Assembly: GCA_019828565.1 (NCBI GenBank) | Contig: JAHDYR010000009.1 | Coordinates: 186,001-250,000 of the forward strand | Length of the DNA: 64,000 nt | Direction: 5' to 3' | From: Carpediemonas membranifera BICM | Lineage: Eukaryota > Protista > Fornicata | Shown here: positions 45,695 to 56,215 of the stretch, piece after piece | How positions within the stretch are numbered: position 1 is the stretch's first letter | Layout: each line of letters opens with the position of its first letter | The notes under the pieces: model-generated | Databases searched by the model: none | Seen by the model: the letters and a program-made list of their open reading frames with translations, nothing else | What the model was told of the DNA's origin: nothing | Position numbers and translations under genes: made by a program

Positions 45695-46442
45695 ATGGCG
45701 ACCTGCAAGCACTGCAAGAAGGAGCTCGTAGACGCCGCTTGTACATATGCACGCAGAGATGAGGTCTATTGTCGGTTCGTTTCTTCTTTTTGCAGTCTCA
45801 TTCAGCCCATGCTTTGAACGTATGATCCTCCAAGGTCCTAGGCGCGAGATCCTCGGCAAGAAGAACCTTCACAAGATCACGAAGGCTATTATAGAGCTTC
45901 GCATGGATCCTTACGGCATAATACTATGTTACATCCTGAACGAGAGTCTCAAGCGCTTCGAGAACCCCAAGGTGCCGCGGACGGCCCCGCACTACCAGCT
46001 ATACCCGCGGTTCCCCAGCGACATGTCCCCCGAGGACCGCGCATACCTCACCGCCACCTTCCCCAACCTCTTTCTCCCGTTTACTGGCCGCCCCACTCTC
46101 ATCATGGAGCCTAAGGCGCCTCTCCATGCCGCCGTAGAGTTCACATCAGCCCTGTGTCGGGGCGAGTCGGATTCCATTGAACGGTATGCGGCCACGGAGT
46201 TCCCGGCGACCGTTCTCTGGGAGGGTGTGGACGTCGCGGCCAGGCATGTTCGGCCCATGCTGAGCGCCACCCTGGATGAGCTGGAGCAGTTGTGTGGGCT
46301 GCTAGGGCTACGCTATGCACCCATGCCGGAGTACCCATCTGGCTCGGTTGAGGCCGCGTTGGCTGCGGCGATTGAGGGCAGCGGGCTGCAGACTTGGCGG
46401 AATATGGTCAATGTGGCGGATGCCCTGGTCAAGAAGGGGTGA
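45695..46442 (+). CDS. Protein with N-terminal CxxC...CxxCF zinc motif, possibly divergent CTU2/Ncs2; 31-nt intron 45775-45805
   Basis: Splicing gives MATCKHCK...RRDEVYCRPCFERMI, which resembles the CTU1/CTU2 N-terminus. The rest is not recognisable. Confidence 0.5.
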
Positions 46443-46586
46443 GACGCGGTCATTGCAGGAGTAAAAGACCGTCTGGTATCGCTGTAACACGTGTACGGTT
46501 TTAGCAAAGTCCTACAGCCAATAGCAAATGAGAATCTGAGTACGAAGCCTTGGTTACCACAACCAACAGCATAGGAAAGACAGGCT

Positions 46587-47447
46587 ATGTACCATCTCCA
46601 GACGAAAGAAATGAATAGGACGATCACAGGCGTCGCAGGCGCAATCTATGGTATCCTTCAAAAGCACACGCAAGAACGACCTCCGGAAGAGCTTGTAGTA
46701 TCTCTGTCGCATCCCCTCCACGTGTTCATTCGGCACTCCAGCGACAACTCCCGCCCGACGTTCAGCAGCATCTATCTCTACCTCTACACCCTTTTCCGGA
46801 AGGCCCAGATAGGTTTGTCCTCTACTCTAGTAGTCTCTCCTCACTCACACAGAACCAGTATGCCCCGCCCAACTCCATTTACCCAGGAATGTATGATCGC
46901 CGCCGTAATGTACCTCCAGCAATTCCTCGAGAAGACGGGCATGCCGTTCACCCAGGCCAGTTGGGAACGGATCACATTCACATGCGTGATGGTCGCCTCT
47001 AAGAGCTGGGACGACATCTCATGCTCCTCTCACTCCTTCAGCCTCTGCTCCGCGGGCAACTTCACCCTGCGCGAGCTCAACAAGATGGAACGCTACCTCT
47101 TGCGCGAGCTCGACTACCAGCTCTATGTTACCAGCCACACGTACCGTGACGTGTACTACGAGCTCAAGGAGATCTGGACCAATGTCGAGCTCGACTCTCG
47201 GTCCGGCAACCCCCTGGCCAAGACGTCTGAGATCGTCAGCAAGTTCAACATCAGACCCGACTTCGGCGTGCGGTATATTTTTGGAGTGAATGAGAAGGCA
47301 CAGCGGACCCAGCCTGAGATCGGGTCGGGCATTGGCACCCTGTCCTCGCCGTATCCTAATATCTCGGAGCGTGCTAGTAGGCCCATGGTGAGGCAGACGC
47401 TGAAGCTGGAACGGAGAGGGATGAACGTGTCGCGTTTCATGCCGTAG
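46587..47447 (+). CDS. Cyclin (cyclin Y/PHO80-like); introns 46813-46852 and 46858-46886 flank a 5-nt exon
   Basis: Cyclin box after splicing: LFRKAQIEPECMIAAVMYL...WERI...MVASKSWDD...LNKMERYLLRELDYQLYV. Confidence 0.85.
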   Translation: MYHLQTKEMNRTITGVAGAIYGILQKHTQERPPEELVVSLSHPLHVFIRHSSDNSRPTFSSIYLYLYTLFRKAQIGLSSTLVVSPHSHRTSMPRPTPFTQECMIAAVMYLQQFLEKTGMPFTQASWERITFTCVMVASKSWDDISCSSHSFSLCSAGNFTLRELNKMERYLLRELDYQLYVTSHTYRDVYYELKEIWTNVELDSRSGNPLAKTSEIVSKFNIRPDFGVRYIFGVNEKAQRTQPEIGSGIGTLSSPYPNISERASRPMVRQTLKLERRGMNVSRFMP

Positions 47448-47604
47448 AGACGGACAGGTGGATAGACAATGAATAAACGGCTGATGCAGTGAGCTTGGCC
47501 TGGGTGTGGGTGTGGGGCGTCTTGGGTGAGTTGTGACTCGGTCGACTCGGGTCCGATGATTTGGCATCTCCGCACCCAGGACAAGACAAAGACGAAAACG
47601 ATTG

Positions 47605-48786
47605 ATGGAACAGCCAGTACGAATAGACGAGGTGATGATGCAACTGCATCAAGCACTAGCCAATGATGAGAGTGGCGTTGATGCTGCAACGATTGTAACA
47701 AGCTATCTCCGGTGTGTCGAGCTGATTACGAAGGCAATGCGCTGCCAACCGGACCAAGAAACATACACAAAGCTCTCACAGTACGGCAAATCATGTTTTG
47801 ATAGGATTAACAAGCTTTCGATGACAATGGGGCCCGCGTCGTACGACGCCTTGAAAGCAAGCATCCCGTGTGCCACGCCTGAACGCCGCACGGACCAGTC
47901 TGAGCTTGCAACGAACGCATACCTCACCCGCAGTGAGCAGCGAGCAGTTGTAGGTTACGACAAGGCGATTGCGTACTACAAGAAGGTCATCCAGGACCTC
48001 CAGGGCGGGCCTGGTCACACCATGGATAGGGCAGGCCTAGCAACGTACAAGACATGCTGCGAGAAGCTCTCAGTCATAGAACTCCACCGAGGTCGAATGG
48101 AATCAATGGCGAAGTCACGGGAAGAGAAGGACAAGACCTCGAGTCTGATGGAGAGGACCCGGTCGAGAGTGGGGCGGGTAATCACCGGCCTGGGCGATAT
48201 TCGGCAGTCGATGGCTCCAGAGCACGCGATTGATGAGGCGACTGAGTCAATCTTGAAAGAAATCAAGAGCACAGAGGCCAGGGAGGACGCGCTCTCATTC
48301 GTTTACCTCATCTCAGACTCAATCAAGGCCGTAGCGACCCGGCTCAATGGCGAGCTGAGTGCGGACGACGTCTACTCCCGCCTCTTCGCCCAGCTCATGC
48401 CAGCCATCCGAGGGAAATACGCCATATGGCTCAGCTCTGAGATAGAAGAGTACCGCATGCGGCTAGCTGGATTTATGAATACAAGCACGTCCAACACCGC
48501 CTCCCTGATCCACCTGACCCGGCTCGAGTCGGCCGAGTCACCGATTAGTCTTGCCGAGATCATGCAGTCCGTGGTTGACTCGCTCAAGACAGACACGTCA
48601 TCGGCAGAGGACCTTGTGGTTCTTGTCATGAGGGCGCTCATGGACTCCCCTGATGTATGCCCTATTGCTGACTGTGCCATCGTTGAGGACCTGGCGCCTG
48701 AGGAGCTGTTCTTGGACGGGAGCAAGACGGCGGGGGTGGCGGCCATACAGGAGGCGACCGCGAGGATACGGCGAAGTGTGCAGTAA
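47605..48786 (+). CDS. MIT-like N-terminus + degenerate VPS9-like C-terminus (VPS9D1-like)
   Basis: ALANDESG...SYLRCVELI helical bundle; SAEDLVVLV resembles the VPS9 ADDL motif. Confidence 0.45.
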   Translation: MEQPVRIDEVMMQLHQALANDESGVDAATIVTSYLRCVELITKAMRCQPDQETYTKLSQYGKSCFDRINKLSMTMGPASYDALKASIPCATPERRTDQSELATNAYLTRSEQRAVVGYDKAIAYYKKVIQDLQGGPGHTMDRAGLATYKTCCEKLSVIELHRGRMESMAKSREEKDKTSSLMERTRSRVGRVITGLGDIRQSMAPEHAIDEATESILKEIKSTEAREDALSFVYLISDSIKAVATRLNGELSADDVYSRLFAQLMPAIRGKYAIWLSSEIEEYRMRLAGFMNTSTSNTASLIHLTRLESAESPISLAEIMQSVVDSLKTDTSSAEDLVVLVMRALMDSPDVCPIADCAIVEDLAPEELFLDGSKTAGVAAIQEATARIRRSVQ

Positions 48787-49000
48787 AGACACTCCGTCCA
48801 TCCGGTGTTCTATTGTTCATTCAGGGTCGATGATTGATTCATTGATAGGAAGGGAGGATGTCCCAGTAACTCGGCGACTGCTGCTCGTAGTGGACATGAA
48901 CCGTCATTGCAGCGGTCTCCTCAATCAGATGAAGATCTCCTCGAGACGACCGATCTGAGCCATTTCGCAGGTTAGCCCAGCGAGATTCCAGCAAAAGTGC

Positions 49001-49392
49001 ATGGCCCAGCAGGAGTTTTATAACGAGCTCCAGAAGCTCCAGATCAAGATGTCTGATCACAGACGTCAGCAAGCATCAGTTTGTGTCCTCACCGCCCAAT
49101 TATCCAGCTCAAGAATCAGGAGATGCTTAAAACTCACGAGATGAAGAGTGCTGAGCTTACAATTCATGATATTGAGGAAACTAAGCCCGAGGCTTGCTAC
49201 GTCGCCGTCGGAAAAGCGTATTACATGAAGCTCAACGATGCCATCGTCGAGAAGCTGAAGGGGACCGTGGCGAAGCTCACAAACGAGCTCACTGTTGTTG
49301 GCAACTCCAAGGCATACGTCGAGAAGCAGATCAGTGCGACTGAATCAGCGCTGACCGAGCTCATCAAGGCGACCCCGCAGGCCCGGCCGTAG
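49001..49392 (+). CDS. Prefoldin beta-type subunit (PFD1-like); 29-nt intron 49079-49107
   Basis: Coiled coil - CYVAVGKAYY hairpin - coiled coil; in-frame GTTTGT...CAG intron. Confidence 0.75.
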
Positions 49393-49802
49393 ATTTTCCG
49401 ACTTCCAGTAAATGGTCATGCAGCACGGTGGCAATTGATATCGCGAGTACATGGAGCGCATTATCATCAGTCAGGAGTTAAGAAGCATTGCGGCTTGGGC
49501 TGGAAAGGTGCTTCAGAGCAGAATTGTTGAAATGGTCAATTGAAATGGTCTCTGACCGGATTGAGCATTGGAGCTGACCTTGAGTCAGTATACATTCGCA
49601 TTCCGTTTCATGCCACCATGGAATCGCAGTCAATCTCGCCCATGACATCCCCTCTCATGACAACTAGTTCACGCCTATGTCTCCACCACCAATCTCAACC
49701 TTTACGTGAGCAATCATAAATTTGATAAAGTCAAGACTTTTTTCAGCAATCTTTTTTCTCGGAAAAAAAAGCTGGAACCCGAGAGAGCAAGCTAATTCAG
49801 CG

Positions 49803-50684
49803 ATGCCGTTCAACAACCCCGTTATGAGCCGTGAGTATTTCCGTTCTGCCCAGCTTAAATTCCGTCGTCGCCGTGAGGGCAAGACCGACTACTATGCTCG
49901 CCGCCGCCTTATTGTGTCTGACCTTAACAAGTTCCAGGCCCCTAAGTACCGTTTTGTTGTTCGCCGCACTGCCAAGGATATCATCTGCCAGATCATCTAC
50001 TCCAAGATCAACGGTGACTGCGTCCTTTCCGCTGCTTACTCTCACGAGCTTCCCCGCTACGGCATGAAGCTTGGCCTCACCAACTACGCCGCCGCGTACT
50101 GCACTGGCCTTCTTCTCGCCCGCCGCACCCTCCAGAAGGTTGGCCTTGACGCCGACTACACTGGCGTGACTGAGGTCACTGGTGAAGAGTACCACGTCGA
50201 GGCCGAGGGCGACCGCCGCCCCTTCCGTGCCTTCATGGATGTTGGTCTTACCCGCACCACCACCGGCAACCGTATGTTCGCTGCCCTCAAGGGTGCCGTT
50301 GACGGTGGCCTCGACATCCCCCACTCCACCAAGCGTTTCGCTGGCAACGAGGAGGGCCAGTACGACGCTGAGACCCACCGCGAGCGCATCATGGGCGGCC
50401 ACATCGCCGAGTACATGAACGAGCTCAAGGAGGAGAACCCCGAGGCCTACGAGAAGCAGTTCTCTCGCTTCATCAAGGAGGGCATCGTCGGTGACGACCT
50501 CGTCGGCATCTACGAGAAGGTCCACGCCGCTATCCGAGCCGACCCCGCTCCCGCTGCCAAGAAGGAGCACTTTAAGGGCAAGGACTACTCCCGCACTCGC
50601 ATGTCCCTCGCCCAGCGCAAGGACCGCGTCAAGCAGAAGAAGGCCTCCCGCGCCTGGAAGCTTCAGCAGGAGCTCGACGAGTAA
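49803..50684 (+). CDS. RPL5: 60S ribosomal protein L5 (uL18)
   Basis: KFRRRREGKTDYYARRRL, AAYSHELPRYG, GLTNYAAAYCTGLLLARR, DGGLDIPHS. Confidence 0.98.
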   Translation: MPFNNPVMSREYFRSAQLKFRRRREGKTDYYARRRLIVSDLNKFQAPKYRFVVRRTAKDIICQIIYSKINGDCVLSAAYSHELPRYGMKLGLTNYAAAYCTGLLLARRTLQKVGLDADYTGVTEVTGEEYHVEAEGDRRPFRAFMDVGLTRTTTGNRMFAALKGAVDGGLDIPHSTKRFAGNEEGQYDAETHRERIMGGHIAEYMNELKEENPEAYEKQFSRFIKEGIVGDDLVGIYEKVHAAIRADPAPAAKKEHFKGKDYSRTRMSLAQRKDRVKQKKASRAWKLQQELDE

Positions 50685-50835
50685 ATTCCTTCACGGTGAT
50701 CTGCGGTGTTGTTGGCTCGAAAGAGCTCAGAGTATCTCAAGTCTGCGTAGCTAGTATTTACTTCGTCGCTCTAGCCAAGGGATGCATGACGTAATACAGC
50801 CCTGACTTCAGCCGATGATCAGTCTTGCCTACTCA

Positions 50836-51806
50836 TCAAAGTCTCGCGTCAATGGTCCGGCGGCACCCGCGGCACGTGACCTGCCTCCGGTTCGCGCTGA
50901 CCGTGGCCGACCGATGGCAGTGGGGGCACGTGACGGTGCGCTGCCTCGCGACGCCCTCGGGCAGGTCAACTGTCTGGCGTGGCGCCAGGGTCGGTGGCGA
51001 TGTCGGCGTCGGGGGCGACTGGGCTGGAGCAGAGCTGGTTGACGGTGGCCAGGAACTGCGGGGAGCGGGGCGTGTGGTCCAAACCTTAACTGTCTTGTCA
51101 CTGGATCCAGTCACGATGATGGCACCGTCTCGGGAGAATGCGACACATTTCACAGGATCGTTGTGCCCCGAGAGCTTGTTGATCAGTGACCTGGTCACTT
51201 GGTCAAACTGCTTGTTTTCTTCTTTGGACCCAGACACCAGAATCTTGCCGCCGGGAGAGAAGGCAAGGCTTTGCACATATTTGGTCTGCCCACGAAGGAT
51301 CCGATCCGCGTCCGCGGCATTCTTGGTGCAATTCTGTGCCTCCAGGCGGGCTGTGAGGGTTCTCGACCGCTCGACCCGCTTCGGCACGATGTGGGAGGGG
51401 ATGGATGAGTGTGGCACGATCTGCCGACCGAGACCGCGTTGTCGGCGTGGGGGGCTCAAGATTGACGGGCTGGACCGAGTGCTCGAGGGCGGCAGCGATG
51501 CGGTCCACCGCCAAGTGCTTGGGGAGATCATCCTTCGCCGGGACAGCAACATTTCCCTGGGATTTCAGAATTTTCAAGCGCTCCCAGCACTTGGGGTAGT
51601 ACTTAAGCAGGGTCTTGATCATAGCACGCGTGTCATCCTCAATGAAGGGGTTCTTGGCAAGCCTGAACAGCTCGTTGCTGCACTTCACCATGTGGATGTA
51701 ATGGAAGACGGCCTCGTCCGCACGGCCCTGCTCCTCAGCTGTTACGCCCTCAGTGGCGCTTTTTACGGCCAAATCATACTTCCTTCACCTTGTCGTCAGC
51801 GCACAT
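50836..51806 (-). pseudogene. Frameshifted MIT-like + WD40 + CxxC-CxxC zinc-ribbon gene
   Basis: MCADDKVKE and YDLAVKSATEGVTAEEQG lie in different frames. WD40 repeats (GHNDPVKCVAFS...GSSDKTVKVW) and CPHC...CRGC are in the 50836-51552 frame. Confidence 0.6.
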
Positions 51807-52345
51807 CGACTTGTTTGTGGTTGCAGATCCGCCAACTCCGCAGGTTATGGCATGACCCGTGTGAGCTGCACGGGTCCGCCGCTGGCCCGGATACGATGTC
51901 ATTGTAGTCATTTGCCGTCGTAAACGCAGGTGCGGTGCCCCAGACGAGGACACGAGGCGAGTATGCGCTGTGCCGCAGTGTTGGCCCAGCCATCACAAGA
52001 CCAAAGGCAAACGTTTAGAGCTAGAGTTTAAATGGCGGTGTCGTAGCCGGCGTCGATGGGGAGTTGTGGCAATACCGGGTCCCTTTTAGCCCAGTGGTGT
52101 GACGTCACAGAGGGCGACGTATGAGGCCTCCTCGCTGGCCAGGAAGATGAACAAAATGGATTCGGGTGAGTCAAGCAGATTCCGCTGCGCTGTCTGTGTG
52201 AGGCGCGCGGTTGTCGGTGGTGTCCAGCTGTGTGCACAGCGTCTGGTCGGCCCCTCTACTTGGGTGTGAATTGTGACGCACTCAATTGGTCACACACAAG
52301 CCAGGCCGCGGAAACTAAACGCGTTTTATACAATGCATACGTGGC

Positions 52346-55330
52346 TCAGCCGGCCATCGGATTCTCGAACATGACAGGCTCTTCGCTCTTGCGATACTGC
52401 TGAACCGCACCGATGCCCACCATAACCACGAGAACGGGCGCCAGCACGATGAGGACGACGGCCAGCGCCGCGATCACCAGGAAGATCACAACGCCGACGC
52501 CGATGATCGGCAGGCAGACGGCGGTCCCGACCACCACCATGCCGCCGACCGCTACCGCAGTCCCGACTCCGATGCCGGAGTCGCCGGTGTCCGGCACAGT
52601 AAACTCTGTCACTGTGAATTCGTCATCGGCGAAGAGCCAGTGTGCCTTGTGGTCTCCGCTCGGGAGCCACGACAGGATGCCGTCGTACGCGTCACGGAGG
52701 GTTGTGCTGTTGTAGAGCTCCGTCCCGTGGAGGTATTCGCCGTCGTATTTCACCTCAAAGGGGATGAACTCGCCGTCCTCGAACACGAGGGGGACGGGGC
52801 CGTTAGTGGTCAGCAGCGGGCCGTACTCGAGGGCCCACACGCCCTCAAAGCTGAAGCTGTCGCGGAGGGTGCTGGCGCTGGCCGCGGCCATATACTCGCA
52901 CGTGAGGTTGAGTAACTCCTTGCCGGCGAGCTCGGAGAAGGATAGCTCGCGGTAGCAGTTATCCAGGTAGGTCACGTCACCGTATAGGTCTAGGGTCAGT
53001 CTGGACGTCCCGCCGACAGGTAGCGCGGCCTCAGTGGGCGCGAAGACCATGTTCGTGACGTTGGCGGCAAGGGCCCCCTCCCACATGGCGATGACTTGGC
53101 TTACTGTGCCGGGCGACTCGACGCTGGTGGCCACGGACACCGGCAACTCCATCGTGTCATTGGTATCGGCACCCATCTCGTCCCACCACTGCAAGTCAAA
53201 CTGGACGACGTACTTCCCGGCGGCGAGGGAGCTGGTGTCTGGCAGCAGGGCGAGTCGGCCGATGTTATATCCTGCCTCAGCGTCCACCCATAAGGGCACA
53301 CACGAGTATTCTGTCTCCCCGTCCTCGCTAACAAGCCTGTAGTTGGTGAGTTGGGGGAAGAAAGTCGACGAGTTGAATATCGTCAGATTCACCATGATCT
53401 GGAGTGGATACGGGTCGATCTGCACGGTGTCCTGGACGGCGAATGATAAGCACGAATCTGATACCTCGGGCGTCAGGTCTCCGCCGGTGTCGATCGTCCA
53501 AGTGCCAGCGGGACATGCAGGGCAGGACGTCTGTGCGGGCTCTCCCGTGGAGGTGCCATAGCCGCATGGGTATTGCGAGCTGTAAGCCCCGCCGGTTGTC
53601 GGCACATAGTGGCCGGGGTCGGCGGCCGTCCTGTTGGTCGAGCCCAAGTCTGGGCAGTAGTACCCGCTGTTGCAGTCCAAGCACTCGCTGGAGATGCTGT
53701 TCGGCTGGTATGTGCCGGCATAGCAGGCTGTCTGATCGATGCAGTCTTCGTTGGCGGGAGCAAAGTGGCCGGGGTCGGTCGCCAGCCTGGTCGTGGCGCC
53801 GGCCTCTGGGCAGTAGTACCCGCCATTGCAGCTGATGCAGGAGCTAGAGGCATTGTTCGGCTGGTACGTTCCGGTATAGCACTCTAACTGCTCAGCGTTG
53901 GGAGACCCGCTCGGAGTGTAGTAGCCCGGGTCTGTGGGTGTGTGGACAGCGGTCGCTTCATTCGGGCAGTAGTAGCCGCCATCACAGTACGCGCATGACG
54001 ATGCGGTGCTGTTCGGCTGATAATGACCCATCAGGCACGCTGTCTGCTCGGTGCATGCGCCGCGCTCACTGGCCGGCACGTAGTAGCCCGGCTCCGCGGG
54101 CGTCTTAGCCGAGAGCCCCGATGCGTGGCAGTAGTAGCCCGTGTTGCATGGGACGTAGCCGAGCGAGCTGGCGTGTGGCTGGTAGAAGCCCGCAGGCGTC
54201 TTGAGGCAGTCAATTGTATCCGCGCTAAACTGCCACGGCGAGCGCGCCGCCGTACAGGGGCACGGCCTGGCCGAGGCCGACGCCCTCCGTGCCCGTGAAC
54301 GTTGTGGAGTAGACCGCGCTGACCGACCTCCCGGTTGACGACAGCTTGTGCACGGACAGAGCCCCCACAGTCCCGCCTGTGTCCGCCGCGACGATGGTGT
54401 CGCCGTACATAGCCATGGCCATGGCCGTGACCGAGCCGGCGGTCGCGATGGGGAACCACCAGGGCGATATCTCGTTTGTGTCGAGCGTGATGACCCGCAG
54501 AGTCGAGTCGGTCGCGTTGGCGTACACAACCACGGCCCACTCGGACAGCGTCTCGGCGCTGACGGCAGCAGCGGAGGCGCCGTCGAGGTTGACTGCAGTG
54601 ATTGTGTTATCATCGGTCCAGTACTCGAACTCGTAGTATGCGGCCTCCACGCCAGTGTCGTGACCGACGATCAGGACATTGTTGTCGTCGTCATCGAGCG
54701 TGGTTGCGACCGTCTTGCCGAAGCCTGTGAGGCCGGCCGTCTGCGGCTTGAGTACGTTGAGTTGCCAGCTGGCAACGAGCCAGCCGTTAACGACCACACC
54801 CGTGATGGCGCTATAGGCGTCACAGTATGCGCCGGGCATGCCGATGAGGATCGTGTCGTTGGCGCTAAACGCGAGAGATGACCCGAAGAGGGCGGGCGTA
54901 TCTTGCTGATCGCTGAAGACCGTCGCCTGCGGCACGACGGTGTCGTAAGTCGCGAGTGTGAGATCATCCATGGAAAAGATGAACACTGCGCCTGTGGTGA
55001 AGGACTGCGAGCCGTCATCATAGCCGGGGTCGCCAATGGCGAAGAGATCGTTGGTGAATGCGACCGCGGTACCGAATTTCTGCGACATGTCGAGGCCGCT
55101 GTCGGAGTTGATGATGATTAGCTGCGTTATTTCGGTGCCATTCAACGTGTATAGTGCCGCTGAGCCGCTAGTTGTGCCGTTCGGGGATCCAACGGCGTAG
55201 ATCGTCAAATTTGAGGCAAGCCAAACGACGTGGTAGTATCAGAGGATGGAATGGTAACGCTGCCAACGTCTAGGGCAGCACAAATGGCCACAACTGACAG
55301 TAATTGGAAGATTATCAGATGTCGGTTCAT
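52346..55330 (-). pseudogene. Type I membrane protein: signal peptide, FG-GAP-like propeller, Cys-rich (GCC2/GCC3-like) repeats, TM, short tail; two frameshifts
   Basis: MNRHLIIFQLLSVVAICAA signal; FGTAVA..IGDP, FGSSLA..IGMP and FGKTVA repeats; C..GYYCP...TDPGYY...C..GTYQP repeats; hydrophobic C-terminus. Frame breaks near 55220 and 54232. Confidence 0.75.
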
Positions 55331-55485
55331 TTTCCGCGAAGGACGCGAAAGTTTCTCCCAAATCGGCGATATCAATCTCAGTTGACCCACAAATATTGGG
55401 TCGCATGACACCGTCAGGGCACTAACTTGGGCGAAAGTGGCAATCTGCCCCGCTCTTATAATCTTGAATATATGGTCGCCCTCGG

Positions 55486-55725
55486 TCAATTATTCGTATT
55501 CGCCGGACCAGCCGGAGTGCTGTTTAAAGATGTATCTTGGGCATGCGGAGCAAGCGTGCACTGCCCTGTAGCGACATTCCAGACCTTGGCGGTGCTGTCA
55601 TACGATCCGGATACCAGGGTGCGGCCATCAGATGAGAATGCAAGACCCATGTGCCCATTGAGTGTCTTTCTCACCTGGCCTGTGGCTGCGTCCCAGAGTT
55701 TGATATTTTTGTCATCGCCAAGCAC
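55486..55725 (-). pseudogene. WD40 repeat gene fragment
   Basis: DKNIKLWDAATGQ...GH..LAFSSDGRTLVSGSYDSTAKVWN; internally deleted and lacking a proper start. Confidence 0.65.
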
Positions 55726-56215
55726 GCAAGGGGGGCGTAAATGGTGAGGCCAGCAGTCAGGCAGAAGTTCAGTGGAACTCTGATCGAACCATTGACTGTC
55801 ACTAAATCATGTTGCAGACCTGGTGTGGGCCAACCCGCGATGTGCCCAGTAGTGCCGTGCGACAATACTGGCCTGACTGTGCTATGACACGTATGATGGC
55901 ATCAACAATGTTCGCATCCCCGCCTCGGCGACACGTTGGGAATCTGAGTCAACCGCGCTACATGCAGCTCATAAGGGCCTAATGCTCTGTCATATAGCTT
56001 GCAAGCCCTCCAACATCTGGGCCATTACCACACGGGCACGCACTGGAAGTATGCGTTTCGAGTCAGCCCGAACTTCGATTTCGTCGGACATCGAACATGA
56101 CGAATAGAGCCCGGCTAGAACTGAAATTCACACCCTTACATCAACATAGCACATAGAGGATGGCTGGCTCCCTGTGCCCTCTGGCTGCGTGCATTTTAAG
56201 GTTCGAATAAGTTTG

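Noticed and set aside
38649-46442. ELP3 and CTU2-like gene as a tRNA wobble-modification cluster
   Set aside because: They are separated by three unrelated genes, and the CTU2 call is weak.
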